Of a stretch of DNA of 64,000 nt, positions 54,713-64,000 are shown piece by piece. How positions within the stretch are numbered: the first letter of the stretch is position 1; each line of letters starts with the position of its first letter. The stretch is from an uncultured Actinomycetota bacterium. GTDB lineage: Bacteria; Actinomycetota; Thermoleophilia; RBG-16-64-13. A program made the position numbers and the translations under genes. Location: the NCBI GenBank assembly GCA_963783835.1, contig CAWAOX010000011.1, forward strand, positions 1,859 through 65,858, in the 5' to 3' direction. A model generated the notes under the pieces. It searched no databases, was not told where the DNA came from, and saw only the letters and a list, made by a program, of their open reading frames with translations.

Positions 54713-55885
54713 TTATAGCCCCGCCTCGCGGTGCTTGACGGCGATGGCTTCAGCCAGCGCGTCCACCTTGAGCAGGTCTTCGGCGGTCGGACATCCTTTG
54801 ACGATCACCGGCTCGATGACCTCAGCCTTCAGGCCGGTGGTGAGGCCCACGATGTGTTCCACGGCGCTCGTGGCCCAACCGTAGGTCACCATGGCCGACA
54901 GGAAGCGTACCTTGGGCTTGAGTTCATTGGCCAGATACAGGGCCGACACCATGAGCGGATGCGGATGGGTCATCACCGTCGGCGTAGCGGCCACCACAGT
55001 CGCGGCGTCCACCAAGACCGTCGCCAGTTTGCCCAGATCCGCTCCCTGGAGGTTCATCCGTTCCACCTTGACCCCCCGATCGATCAGAGCCCCGGTCAGC
55101 CGGTCGACCATAACGGCGGTGCTCCCATGCATCGTCACGAACGGTATGAGGACGAGGTTGTGCGGCGGCGCCTCGACCCAGTCCCGATAGGCGTCGATGA
55201 TGAACTGGGGGCGGCCGTAGGCCGGGCCGTGGCTGGGGCCGATGAGCTGGGCGCCCAGCGGCTCCACCTTGTCCAGGTTCTTCTTGAGCATAGGTCGGAA
55301 CGGCATCATGATCTCGGCGAAGTAGCGCTTTGCTGCCGGATACACCTCTTCCTCGGCGCCGAAGAGGTCGCTCGTGGCCAGATGCGAGCCGAACAGGTCG
55401 CAACTGAAGAGGACCTGGTCCTCGACGAGGAACGTGGACATCGTCTCCGGCCAGTGTGCCCAGGGCGTGTATACGAACCGCAGGGTCTTGCCGCCCAAGG
55501 ACAGCTCTTCGCCGTCCTCCACCGCCCTCACCACGTCGCCGGAGACCTGCACGTGCGTGGCCAGCAGGTCCACAGCCCTGGCGCTGCAGAGCACCTGCGC
55601 CTCAGGGTACCGGGAGAGGACCACCGGCAGGGAACCCGAGTGATCTTGCTCCACGTGCTGGATCACTACGTAGTCGATCCGGTCCACACCCCGGAGCTTG
55701 TCGAGAAGGACCGCGGTCATGGTCGGGTCTACCGTGTCGAGCAAGGCCGTCTTCTCGCTCCCGCTGACCAGGTACGAGTTGTAGCTGGTGCCCTCGGGCA
55801 GGGAGATGAGCGCGTCGAAGATCCTCCGGTCCCAGTCGACCGCGCCTACTGCGTAGACGCCCTCCCGCAGTTCACGTGGCTCCAT
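54713..55885 (-). CDS. flavodiiron protein (FprA family: metallo-beta-lactamase-like plus flavodoxin-like domains)
   Basis: Di-iron motif HVEQDHSG is followed by a C-terminal flavodoxin-like domain ([12 protein letters not shown]). Confidence 0.88.
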   Translation of the reverse strand: MEPRELREGVYAVGAVDWDRRIFDALISLPEGTSYNSYLVSGSEKTALLDTVDPTMTAVLLDKLRGVDRIDYVVIQHVEQDHSGSLPVVLSRYPEAQVLCSARAVDLLATHVQVSGDVVRAVEDGEELSLGGKTLRFVYTPWAHWPETMSTFLVEDQVLFSCDLFGSHLATSDLFGAEEEVYPAAKRYFAEIMMPFRPMLKKNLDKVEPLGAQLIGPSHGPAYGRPQFIIDAYRDWVEAPPHNLVLIPFVTMHGSTAVMVDRLTGALIDRGVKVERMNLQGADLGKLATVLVDAATVVAATPTVMTHPHPLMVSALYLANELKPKVRFLSAMVTYGWATSAVEHIVGLTTGLKAEVIEPVIVKGCPTAEDLLKVDALAEAIAVKHREAGL

Positions 55886-56007
55886 CCGCTATCACCCTCC
55901 TCGCCTCTCGTCGCGCATCTGACGCTCGTATATCTACCCCCCGGCAAACGTATCGAGGGGCGCGCCGTTGATACCGGGCCCATACTACGGGAATATGACT
56001 CCCTGAC

Positions 56008-57336
56008 ATGCCCGAAACCATTCTTCGCGCCCGCGAGATACTACGCACCTGGTGGCCGCTCGCCGCCAGTTGGATCCTCATGGGGTTCGAAGGACCCGCC
56101 GTCGCGGCGGTAGTATCCCGGCTCCCCAACCCTACCGTCAACCTTGCCGCCTGGGGCGGCGTGGTCTTCCCGCTGGCGCTCATGGTCGAGGCCCCGATCA
56201 TCATGATGCTCGCGGCATCCACCGCGCTGTGCCGCGACTGGGACTCCTACATCAAGATGCGCCGCTTCATGAACCAGTTGGGAGCCGGCCTGACGGCGCT
56301 CCACATCCTCATCGTGGCCACGCCGCTGTACTACGTGATCGCCGAGGACCTGCTCGGCGCTCCCAAAGCAGTCCTGGCGCCTGCCCGGATCGGCCTGTTC
56401 ATCATGATCCCCTGGACCTGGTCCATCGCCTACCGGCGCTTCCACCAGGGCATACTCATCCGCTTCGGCCACTCTCTCAAGATCGGCATTGGTACAGCCG
56501 TGCGTTTCTTGGCCGACGCCACGATGCTCGCGATCGGCTACTTCAGCGGCTGGCCGGGGATCGTCGTGGCGGGCTGCGGGATGATCGCCGGTGTGCTCAC
56601 CGAGGCCTTCTACGTCCATCTGGCCGTGCGTCCCACGCTGCGCGACCAGCTGAGACCCGCACCTCCGGTGAGGATCCCGCTCTCGACCCGGGCCATGCTC
56701 GACTTCTATATCCCTTTGTCGCTCACCCAGGTGCTGATACTCATCGCATACCCCATAGGCAGCGCGGCCATGAGCCGTATGCCGCTGCCGCTGCTCTCTC
56801 TGGCAGCCTGGCCGGTGGTGGGAGCCGTCCGGTATATCACGGGGAGTTTCGGCGGCGCCTACAACGAAGTGGTGGTGGCACTGGTGGAGCGCAGACAATC
56901 TTCCCGGCCCCTGTTCCGCTTCGCGGTAATCATCGCCGGCGTCGCCACGGCCTCTCTCGTCGTGCTCACCATCCCCGCGGTATCGACAGGAATCTTCGCC
57001 GATCTCATGGGTCTGGCCGCCCCCCTGCCGGCCATGATCCACAAGTCCTTGTACATACTCCTGCCCATGCCTGCCATCGCCGTGGCGCAGAGCTACTTCC
57101 AGGGAATGATCCTCCACAGCCGCCGGACGCGCAGCATCACCGAGGCAGTGCTGATCTTCCTGGGCGTGGTCACGGTGGCCCTCATCGCCGGCGTACTGTG
57201 GGGCGGCGCAGTGGGCCTCTACGTGGCGCTGGTAGCCTTCACGTTCGGAGAATTGGTGCGCACCTGCTGGCTGTGGTTGCGCAGCCGCGATGCCCGGCGG
57301 GCGGTGTCCGAACGGGACGCGTTGCCGGCCTCCTAG
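56008..57336 (+). CDS. polytopic membrane protein, MATE/MOP-superfamily-like
   Basis: 442 aa with about 12 hydrophobic segments. The N-terminal WWPLAASWILMG is reminiscent of MATE transporters. Family assignment is weak. Confidence 0.6.
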   Translation: MPETILRAREILRTWWPLAASWILMGFEGPAVAAVVSRLPNPTVNLAAWGGVVFPLALMVEAPIIMMLAASTALCRDWDSYIKMRRFMNQLGAGLTALHILIVATPLYYVIAEDLLGAPKAVLAPARIGLFIMIPWTWSIAYRRFHQGILIRFGHSLKIGIGTAVRFLADATMLAIGYFSGWPGIVVAGCGMIAGVLTEAFYVHLAVRPTLRDQLRPAPPVRIPLSTRAMLDFYIPLSLTQVLILIAYPIGSAAMSRMPLPLLSLAAWPVVGAVRYITGSFGGAYNEVVVALVERRQSSRPLFRFAVIIAGVATASLVVLTIPAVSTGIFADLMGLAAPLPAMIHKSLYILLPMPAIAVAQSYFQGMILHSRRTRSITEAVLIFLGVVTVALIAGVLWGGAVGLYVALVAFTFGELVRTCWLWLRSRDARRAVSERDALPAS

Positions 57337-57358
57337 GGTCGCGTTGCTCAGCAGCCTT

Positions 57359-57856
57359 CTAGCGCGTCCGTTCCTCCACGACGCGCTTCCGGATGTAGGG
57401 GATCAGCCCGCCCGCGTCGACGATGGCCTGCCGGGCCGGCGGCAGCGGCTCCACCGGGTAGCTCTTGCCGGTGGTGACGTTGGCCACCTCTCCCTCCTTG
57501 AACTCCAACTCGTCGCCCTCGGCTGCCTCGATATCGGGGCAGATGATCAGCCGAAGACCCAGGTTGACGGCGTTCTGGAGAAAGATGCGCGAGTAGTTGT
57601 TGGCGACCACCGTCAGGTCCCAGCCCTTGAGGCAGGAGGCCGCCTGCTCTCGCGACGAGCCGGTACCAAAATTGCGGTCCGCGACCACGACGCTACCCGG
57701 CGCGACGGCCCCGTCTCTGAGCTTCTTGTTGAACTCGGTCGCATCGGCGAAGCAGTATTGCGGAGTCTCGGTGGGAAGCACCGTGGCCATGAAGCGGCCC
57801 GGATAGATGGCATCGGTCGAGACGTCGTCGCCGAGGCGGAAGACCACCTTCGCCAT
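57359..57856 (-). CDS. aconitase-family dehydratase small subunit (LeuD/HacB-like, short archaeal-type form)
   Basis: 165 aa with DVSTDAIYPGRF and NFGTGSSREQAA. Confidence 0.85.
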   Translation of the reverse strand: MAKVVFRLGDDVSTDAIYPGRFMATVLPTETPQYCFADATEFNKKLRDGAVAPGSVVVADRNFGTGSSREQAASCLKGWDLTVVANNYSRIFLQNAVNLGLRLIICPDIEAAEGDELEFKEGEVANVTTGKSYPVEPLPPARQAIVDAGGLIPYIRKRVVEERTR

Positions 57857-57857
57857 C

Positions 57858-59147
57858 TCAGGCTCCTTTCCGGGGGTCGGTTATCTCCCCGCGCAGCGCG
57901 CTGACCGCCGCCGTACAGGGCGAGGCCAGGTAGACGGACGAGTTGGGGTTGCCCATCCTGCCCTTGAAATTACGGTTCGTCGTCGCGAGGGCCACCTCCC
58001 CGTCCCCCAGCGCGCCTTGGTGGATGCCGAGGCAACAGCCGCAGCCGGGATTCATGATCACCGCGCCGGCGTCGGCAAGGTCGCTCAGGTAGCCTCTGCG
58101 CATAGCTTCCCTCCAGATGCGCCAGGAAGCCGGAAAGACGAGCATCCGGGTGCTCGCAGGCAGCTTCTTGCCCCGAACCACCGCTGCGGCCGTCTCCAGG
58201 TCGTCCAGCCTGCCGTTGGTGCACGATCCGATGACCACCTGGTCGATCTTGATACCTTCGACCTCGCCGACCGGCACCACGTTGTCCACGGTGTGCGGCC
58301 GGGCGACCTGCGGCTCCAACCGGGTGACGTCGATCTCGACCACTTTCTCGTAGCCGGCGTCCGGGTCCGGGGCCACGGCCGTGAAGGGCCCTTTGGCGCA
58401 GGCTTCCTCCCGCAGGTAGCGGAAAGTCTCCTCGTCGGCCGGCACGATCCCGCAGGTGGCACCTGCCTCGACCGACATGTTGCAGAGCACCAGCCGGCCC
58501 GACACCGACATGTGTTTGATCGCGCGCCCATGGAACTCGATCACCCGGAAATTGGCGCCCTCCGCTGAGATCATGCCGATCAGGTAGAGGATGAGGTCCT
58601 TGGCCCCCACGTACGGTCTGAACTCCCCGTCGGCGACGACCTTGATGGTGGCCGGGACTTCCACGTTGACCATCCGGCCGAGAGCCCACACGCCCGCCAT
58701 GTCGGTCGCCCCCACGCCGATGGCCATCGCTCCCATGGCCCCATGGCTGCTGGTGTGGCTGTCGGCGCCGATGACCACCATGCCCGGCAGCACGTAACCG
58801 CTCTCGGCCAGGATCTGGTGGCAGATGCCGCCTGCGTCGCCCCGCACGTCGTGAAACTTCGTGATCCCCTGCTTGGCCACGAAGTCCCGGATCTTCTTCT
58901 GGTTGGTGGCCGTCTTGGCCGTCTCCGCGGGTACGCGGTGGTCGAAGATGATCGCGATCTTCGCCGGGTCCCACACGGCCGGCTCGAGGCCTGTCCCTTC
59001 GAAGATCTCGGCGTACTGGTTCATGATCAGCGCCGAGTTCTCGTGAGACATGGCCAAGTCGACCGCCGGCTCCACGACCATGCCGGGCGACACCTCCGCC
59101 AGCCCGGCCGCGCGGGCCAGTATCTTCTCAGCAACAGTCATTCCCAC
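57858..59147 (-). CDS. aconitase-family dehydratase large subunit (LeuC/HacA-like)
   Basis: GADSHTSSHGA, IGSCTNGR and PGCGCCLG (the three cluster cysteines) are present. The start is set to GTG at 59147, 7 nt after AGGAGA; the track start at 59180 is a TTG. Confidence 0.88.
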   Translation of the reverse strand: MGMTVAEKILARAAGLAEVSPGMVVEPAVDLAMSHENSALIMNQYAEIFEGTGLEPAVWDPAKIAIIFDHRVPAETAKTATNQKKIRDFVAKQGITKFHDVRGDAGGICHQILAESGYVLPGMVVIGADSHTSSHGAMGAMAIGVGATDMAGVWALGRMVNVEVPATIKVVADGEFRPYVGAKDLILYLIGMISAEGANFRVIEFHGRAIKHMSVSGRLVLCNMSVEAGATCGIVPADEETFRYLREEACAKGPFTAVAPDPDAGYEKVVEIDVTRLEPQVARPHTVDNVVPVGEVEGIKIDQVVIGSCTNGRLDDLETAAAVVRGKKLPASTRMLVFPASWRIWREAMRRGYLSDLADAGAVIMNPGCGCCLGIHQGALGDGEVALATTNRNFKGRMGNPNSSVYLASPCTAAVSALRGEITDPRKGA

Positions 59148-59220
59148 GGGCCTGTCTCCTTTCGGGCGTCCAATGGCCAATCAGGCCGGGCGGGCTCTCC
59201 GGGCCCCGGCCGCCGGGGTC

Positions 59221-60153
59221 TTAGCCGACGATCTTCTTCGCATCTCCGTACTTGGCCTCCATTCGCTGGTGCGGCAGGTACTCGTCTTCCATGCACTTGT
59301 ATTCCTTCAGCCCCACGAAGTCGGTGTACTCCTCGAAAGAACTGGCCCATTGGGTCTGCCCGGGCAGGGTGCCGGTCGGCGACGCCTTGAGGGCGGTGAA
59401 GAACTCCATGAGCGCCTTGTGCGCGACCATGATGGAGGCGACGGGGATAGAGACGCGGCCCACACCCATGGCCGCGAGCTCGGGGATGGGTATGAGCTCG
59501 GTCTTCATGCCGCTGATCGCGTCCATGAGGTTGACCGAGAGCGGCCCCTTGACTTCCTTGACCGCCCGCTCCACGTCGGCCCTGGTCCTGATGCCGTCGA
59601 TGAAGCCCAGATCGGCGCCCGCCTCCAGGTACAGATTGCACCGGGCGATGGCCTCGTCCAGGCCCAGCACGCTCGCCGCGTCGGTGCGGGCATTGATGAT
59701 GAAGTCGGCATCCAACCGGTCGCGAACGTCGGCGCAGGCCCTCACCTTGCCCGCCATCTCCTGGGCGTCGATGACTTCCTTGCCTGCCATGTGGCCGCAG
59801 CGTTTGGGAAAGACCTGGTCCTCGATGTTCATGCCCGCGACGCCCATGGCGATCAACCGCTCGGCGATCCAGGCCGCGTTCACCGCGTTGCCGCCGCCGG
59901 TGTCGATGTCGGCCATCACCGGGATGTCGACGGCCTGGGCGATGTTCCAGGTGACGTCCAGAACGTCCTTCATCTGCACGAGGCCAACGTCGGGCTTGCC
60001 CAGGACCGAGCCCGCAACGCCGTACCCCGACACCTGGATGGCCTCGAAGCCGCACTTCTCGATGACCATGGCGCTGAAAGCGTCGTGCGCTCCCGGCACG
60101 ACCACCGCCCGCCGCTCCATAATGGCCTTGCGCAGCACAGCCGACTTCTTCAC
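59221..60153 (-). CDS. isocitrate lyase / PEP mutase superfamily protein (2-methylisocitrate lyase or dimethylmalate lyase-like)
   Basis: VVPGAHDAFSA, DIDTGGGN and EDQVFPKRCGHMAGK (KRCGH signature) are present. Confidence 0.85.
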   Translation of the reverse strand: MKKSAVLRKAIMERRAVVVPGAHDAFSAMVIEKCGFEAIQVSGYGVAGSVLGKPDVGLVQMKDVLDVTWNIAQAVDIPVMADIDTGGGNAVNAAWIAERLIAMGVAGMNIEDQVFPKRCGHMAGKEVIDAQEMAGKVRACADVRDRLDADFIINARTDAASVLGLDEAIARCNLYLEAGADLGFIDGIRTRADVERAVKEVKGPLSVNLMDAISGMKTELIPIPELAAMGVGRVSIPVASIMVAHKALMEFFTALKASPTGTLPGQTQWASSFEEYTDFVGLKEYKCMEDEYLPHQRMEAKYGDAKKIVG

Positions 60154-60191
60154 TTCGTACCCTCCTCCCGGCGAACCGGGTCCCTGATTGC

Positions 60192-61310
60192 CTACAGCCT
60201 GGAGGCCACGGCCTCCGCCATCTCCATTGTCGTGTTTGCGCCATCCATGTCGTAGGTGCGCACTTTGCCCTCGGCGATGACCGCCGCCACCGCTTCTTCC
60301 AGCAGGGCGGCCTTGCCGCCCTCGCCCAGCCAGTCGAGCATCATCTTGGCGGCCAGGATCGTCGCGAGCGGGTTCACCTTGTTCCGGCCCGCGTATTTGG
60401 GCGCCGAGCCGTGGGTGGGCTCGAACACGGCCAGTTGGGCCCCGATGTTACCGGAGCAGCCGAAACCCAGCCCGCCGACCATCTGGGCGCACAGGTCGGA
60501 GATGATGTCCCCGTAGAGGTTAGGAGCGACCAGCACGTCGTAGTCGAACGGGTTCTTCAGCAGCCACATGCAGATTGCGTCGATGTTGGCGTCGTTCACC
60601 TGGATGTCGGGAAACTCCGTGGCCACGGAGCGCGCGGCATCGAGGAAGAGGCCGTCGGTGGCCCTGACTACGTTGGCCTTGTGGACGATGGTGACTTTTT
60701 TGCGCTTGTGGGCGCGCGCGAACTCGAAGGCCGCCCGGGCGATGCGCTCGGACCCGGCCCGAGTGTTGATCTTGCAGGAGACGGCGTACTCATCACCGGG
60801 CAACTTCTGGAAGGGAGCGAAGCTCTTGGAGAGATGCCCGAGGATGTCCGCCAATTCCTGGGGCACCGGGTTGAACTCGACGCCCGCATACAGATCCTCC
60901 GTGTTCTCCCGGAAGACGACCAGATCCAGCCCCTCTTTGAAGTTGATCGGATTGCCGGGGTAAGCCTTGCAGGGCCGCAGACACACGTATAGGTCGAAAA
61001 GCTGACGCATGCGCACGATCGGGGACCGGTAGACCAGACCCTTGCCTTGAAGCTCGGGCACCAACTCCGCCTCGGCGGCCTTGACCGGCTTGGAGGTGAT
61101 GGCCCCGAACAGAGCGGCATCGACGCTCTTTAGCAGGTCCACCGTCCGCTGCGGGAAGGCGTCGCCTTCCTGACGCCAGCACTCCCAGCCGATGTCACCT
61201 TCTACGTACTCGGCATCGAATCCCAGGCGGTCGAGGACCAGCCGAGCCGCCGCGCAGACCTCTACGCCTATCCCGTCGCCGGGCAACCAGCCGATCTTAT
61301 GCTTTGCCAC
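60192..61310 (-). CDS. isocitrate/isopropylmalate dehydrogenase family protein
   Basis: LPGDGIGVEV, LFDLYVCLRP, VFRENTEDLY and NLYGDIISD are present. Confidence 0.85.
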   Translation of the reverse strand: MAKHKIGWLPGDGIGVEVCAAARLVLDRLGFDAEYVEGDIGWECWRQEGDAFPQRTVDLLKSVDAALFGAITSKPVKAAEAELVPELQGKGLVYRSPIVRMRQLFDLYVCLRPCKAYPGNPINFKEGLDLVVFRENTEDLYAGVEFNPVPQELADILGHLSKSFAPFQKLPGDEYAVSCKINTRAGSERIARAAFEFARAHKRKKVTIVHKANVVRATDGLFLDAARSVATEFPDIQVNDANIDAICMWLLKNPFDYDVLVAPNLYGDIISDLCAQMVGGLGFGCSGNIGAQLAVFEPTHGSAPKYAGRNKVNPLATILAAKMMLDWLGEGGKAALLEEAVAAVIAEGKVRTYDMDGANTTMEMAEAVASRL

Positions 61311-61350
61311 TCTCTACTCCTCCCTCCACACAGAACCTGCATCAACCATA

Positions 61351-61863
61351 TCACTGAGGACTGTCGAGGAATCCTTTCCACCGGGCGATGTGCCCGTATT
61401 CGTCCGCCCGGTCCTTCTCGATGAAAACCCGGGTCTCGTCATCCCATTCCGCACTCGCGAGCAACTTGCCGTAATGTTCGACGGCCTTGTTCTCGACCCA
61501 GATGCCGGTCTTGAGCACCCGCTCGGCGCCCATCATCCGTGAGCCGAGACCGAACACGTAGCCGGCCAGCCAGAAGCGGCCGCGTAGCTTGGCCGGCTTG
61601 AAGCCATACTCGTAGAGCCGCGTCTGGAAGTCCTGCGTGTGCGTCATCTCGTTGGACATGGCGTTGATCAGGGCGGTGTTGAGGGGGGTGGCATCCTTGG
61701 TGATCTGGCACTTGTAGATGTTCGTCGCCATGATCTCCAGTGAGTGGAGCGTCCGAAGCCCTTTCTTCAGCGCCTTTCTCTTGTCTTCCCCGAGGTCCCG
61801 CCCTCTGGGCCTGACCTGCGCTTCCCTCATCTCCGGCCGGATGATGGTGATGTCGTATGTCAT
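61351..61863 (-). CDS. ferritin-like di-iron carboxylate protein (COQ7/demethoxyubiquinone hydroxylase-like family)
   Basis: 170 aa with E-x-x-H pairs (NEMTH, DEYGH) and additional Glu residues (LEIMA, VENKAVEH). The ATG at 61863 follows GGGAGG. Confidence 0.6.
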   Translation of the reverse strand: MTYDITIIRPEMREAQVRPRGRDLGEDKRKALKKGLRTLHSLEIMATNIYKCQITKDATPLNTALINAMSNEMTHTQDFQTRLYEYGFKPAKLRGRFWLAGYVFGLGSRMMGAERVLKTGIWVENKAVEHYGKLLASAEWDDETRVFIEKDRADEYGHIARWKGFLDSPQ

Positions 61864-62059
61864 CTGTGCCTCCCGTCGATGCTTCTCCCCGATTGCTCTA
61901 CCACTCAGCCTCTCGCGTCCCCCTCGTTCCGTCAAGCAAGTCATCGAGCGCCCACCGATCCAGCCCGATGCGGTTGCCGGAGGGCGGGTCGCGCGAGTAT
62001 CCTCGCATCATCATCATCAGACATCCGCTCTCCGAAGAGCCAAGGAGGATCACCAACGC

Positions 62060-62764
62060 ATGGAATGCCCGCATTGTGGCTCGGACTTCGAATCCACCCC
62101 CCATACGTTCTCTCTCGGGATCGACCAGGACGGTACCTGGCAGATCGCGAACTCAAGATGCCCCACCTGCGACCGCCTGATAGTCGCCGTCTGCTCCAAG
62201 GAGGGCAAGAAGTACCCCGCCTATCCGGCCGGCTCCCTTAGAGCCAGGCTCAGCGAGGACGTGCCCGCCGACCTGGCGTCCGAGTACTGGGCGGCCGGCC
62301 AGGTACTCCCTTACAGCGAGGAGGCGTCCGCCGCTCTCTCCCGCCGGCTGCTGCAGCGCGTGCTCTCGCGCCAGGCCGGCGCCGGCTACGGGGGTCTGGC
62401 CGAGCAGATAAGGCGGGCGGTCGCGTCCCCCGCGATGCCGCCCTATCTGAAAGAGGCCCTGGAGACGCTGGCCAAGGTAGCCAGGCTGGAAGCCGACGAG
62501 CCGAAGAGCTTTCACTGCGAGGTACTCGCCCCGGTGAACGAAGGAGAAGCGGAGTGGCTGCTTGACGTGCTCCAGCCGCTCCTCGAGTTCTACTACGTGC
62601 AGCCCGCCCGCCTACGCCGCAAGCGCTATGCCGTCGAGGATAGGATCGCACCGGCCCTGCCGGCGGAACTCGAAGACGCGGAGAGCGCCAGCGAGGGTTG
62701 GAGCGTCGTCACTGCCGAAGCGCCGACCGAGAATGCCGCCCAGGAGGCGTGCAATGAGCGCTGA
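62060..62764 (+). CDS. zinc-ribbon plus DUF4145-like domain protein
   Basis: 234 aa. The N-terminus has CPHC ... CPTC. A helical region (YWAAGQVLPYSEEASAALSRRLLQRVL ... EAEWLLDVLQPLLEFYY) fits my recollection of DUF4145. The ATG at 62060 follows AAGGAGGA. The 3' end overlaps the gabT start by 11 nt. Confidence 0.6.
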   Translation: MECPHCGSDFESTPHTFSLGIDQDGTWQIANSRCPTCDRLIVAVCSKEGKKYPAYPAGSLRARLSEDVPADLASEYWAAGQVLPYSEEASAALSRRLLQRVLSRQAGAGYGGLAEQIRRAVASPAMPPYLKEALETLAKVARLEADEPKSFHCEVLAPVNEGEAEWLLDVLQPLLEFYYVQPARLRRKRYAVEDRIAPALPAELEDAESASEGWSVVTAEAPTENAAQEACNER

Positions 62765-64000
62765 CCTGGATGGTCCCGGGATAAACCGCCTCCGCGCCGA
62801 GGCGTTGCCGCGCGGTGTGGTGAGCGCGACCACGTCGATCGTGGGCAGCGCGAAGAACGCCATCATCACCGATACCGAAGGCCGGGAGTTCGTCGACTTC
62901 GCCGGCGGCATCGGGGTCATGAACGTCGGCCACTCGCACCCGCGCGTGGTCGCTGCCGCCCGCGCGCAGATCGAGCGGTTCGCCCACACCTCCATCAGCG
63001 TCTTCCCCTGGGAGTCGTACATCAAGCTGGCCGCGCGGCTGAACGAGAAGGCGCCCGGAGCCACCCCAAAGCGCAGCATGTTCGTCAACTCGGGGGCGGA
63101 GGCCGTCGAGAACGCCGTCAAGATCGCCCGCTGCGCCACCGGGCGCCCGGGAATCATCGCCTTCGCGAACGGCTTCCACGGCCGCACCAACATGACCATG
63201 GGGCTCACTTCGAAGATCGTCCCCTACAAGAAGGACTTCGGCCCCTTCCCGGCCGATATCTACCGCATCCCGTACGCCTACTGCTACCGGTGCCCCCTCA
63301 ACCTCGACTATCCGGCGTGCGGAGTGGCGTGCGCGGAGCTTCTGGAGCAGGGTTTCGAGAACCAGTACCAGGCCGACAGGATCGCGGCCCTCATAGTCGA
63401 GCCGGTGCAGGGTGAGGGCGGCTTCATAGCGCCGCCACCCGAATACCACGCGAAGCTCAAGGCCATCTGCGAGGACAAGGGCATCCTGTTCATCGCCGAT
63501 GAGGTGCAGACCGGGTTCGGCCGCACCGGTACGCTGTTCGCCATGGAGCAGTACGGCGTGGAAGCCGACATCATGACCACCGCCAAGTCGATCGGGGCGG
63601 GATACCCCCTGGGTGGCATCACCGGCAAAGCCGAGGTCATGGACAGGCCCGACCCGGGCGGCATTGGCGGCACTTACGGCGGCAACCCGCTCGCGTGCGA
63701 GGTGGGGCTGGCCGTCTTCGACATCATGGAGGACGAGCGCCTGCCGGAACGCGCCGTCGAGATCGGGCGGCGGGTGACGGAGCGCTGGACTGCCATGCAG
63801 GAGCGCTTCCCGCAGATCGGCGACATCCGCGGGCTCGGGGCCATGATGGCCATGGAGCTTGTGGAAGATCCGAAGACCAAGAAGCCGGCCACCGCGCTTA
63901 CCAAGGCTTACAGGGTCAAGCTGTATCAGAACGGTCTGGTGAACGTCATCGCGGGCACATACGACAACGTAGTCCGCACTCTGATGCCTCTTACCATCGA
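62754..64000 (+). CDS. gabT: 4-aminobutyrate--2-oxoglutarate transaminase (class III aminotransferase), 3' end outside the window
   Basis: Not in the ORF track because it has no stop within the window. The ATG at 62754 follows AGGAGG. My own translation gives MSADLDGPGINRLRAEALPRGVV ... GGIGVMNVGHSHP ... GFHGRT ... EPVQGEGGF ... IADEVQTGFGRTG ... MTTAKSIGAG. Confidence 0.9.
   Translation, partial: MSADLDGPGINRLRAEALPRGVVSATTSIVGSAKNAIITDTEGREFVDFAGGIGVMNVGHSHPRVVAAARAQIERFAHTSISVFPWESYIKLAARLNEKAPGATPKRSMFVNSGAEAVENAVKIARCATGRPGIIAFANGFHGRTNMTMGLTSKIVPYKKDFGPFPADIYRIPYAYCYRCPLNLDYPACGVACAELLEQGFENQYQADRIAALIVEPVQGEGGFIAPPPEYHAKLKAICEDKGILFIADEVQTGFGRTGTLFAMEQYGVEADIMTTAKSIGAGYPLGGITGKAEVMDRPDPGGIGGTYGGNPLACEVGLAVFDIMEDERLPERAVEIGRRVTERWTAMQERFPQIGDIRGLGAMMAMELVEDPKTKKPATALTKAYRVKLYQNGLVNVIAGTYDNVVRTLMPLTI

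Noticed and set aside
62006-62018. CAT trinucleotide repeat (catcatcatcatc) upstream of the DUF4145 gene.
   Set aside because: It has only about four units, is intergenic and has no partner repeats. It is too short to call a functional repeat or a contingency locus.

Overview
This is a GC-rich bacterial chromosomal segment. Third codon positions are overwhelmingly G/C, GGAGG ribosome-binding sites are strong, -10 boxes are of the TAGAAT type, and groES-groEL carries a CIRCE operator. The window is almost fully coding, with roughly 65 protein genes and one tRNA-Gly(CCC). I saw no rRNA, CRISPR array, transposase, integrase or phage genes. Most content is housekeeping: rsfS (partial), guaA, pyrF, pyrE, HU, TldD/PmbA, groESL, the t6A set (rimI-tsaD fusion, tsaB, tsaE), UDG, lysA-hom-thrC, rho, panC, hpt, mutM, argS, rlmH, hisG, hcp, a flavodiiron protein and a metal ABC importer. 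The most notable observations are these. (1) An archaeal-type cyclic 2,3-diphosphoglycerate gene pair (2-phosphoglycerate kinase plus cDPG synthetase) is translationally coupled to a metallophosphoesterase and to a GlpX-like protein with degenerate catalytic motifs. (2) An acetate-transport neighbourhood holds yjcH-actP with a large loop insertion, a SatP channel fused to an RsbR-N-like domain, and a PHP phosphoesterase paired with a Cache-PAS-CBS-DUF294 nucleotidyltransferase sensor. (3) A clean promoter-to-terminator unit predicts a roughly 150-nt ncRNA next to tRNA-Gly. (4) A six-gene operon with an HPS-RraA fusion and a GSA-aminomutase-like transaminase converges on panC and an S58 aminopeptidase. 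(5) A leuCD-like, isocitrate-lyase-family and IDH-like operon has no leuA. (6) Five reading-frame lesions occur in otherwise conserved genes (pfkB, panC, lysA, an alpha/beta hydrolase, a DUF2520 protein), which points to consensus errors or very recent decay. All functional calls come from motif recognition by eye and from remembered family signatures; no database search or folding program was available.
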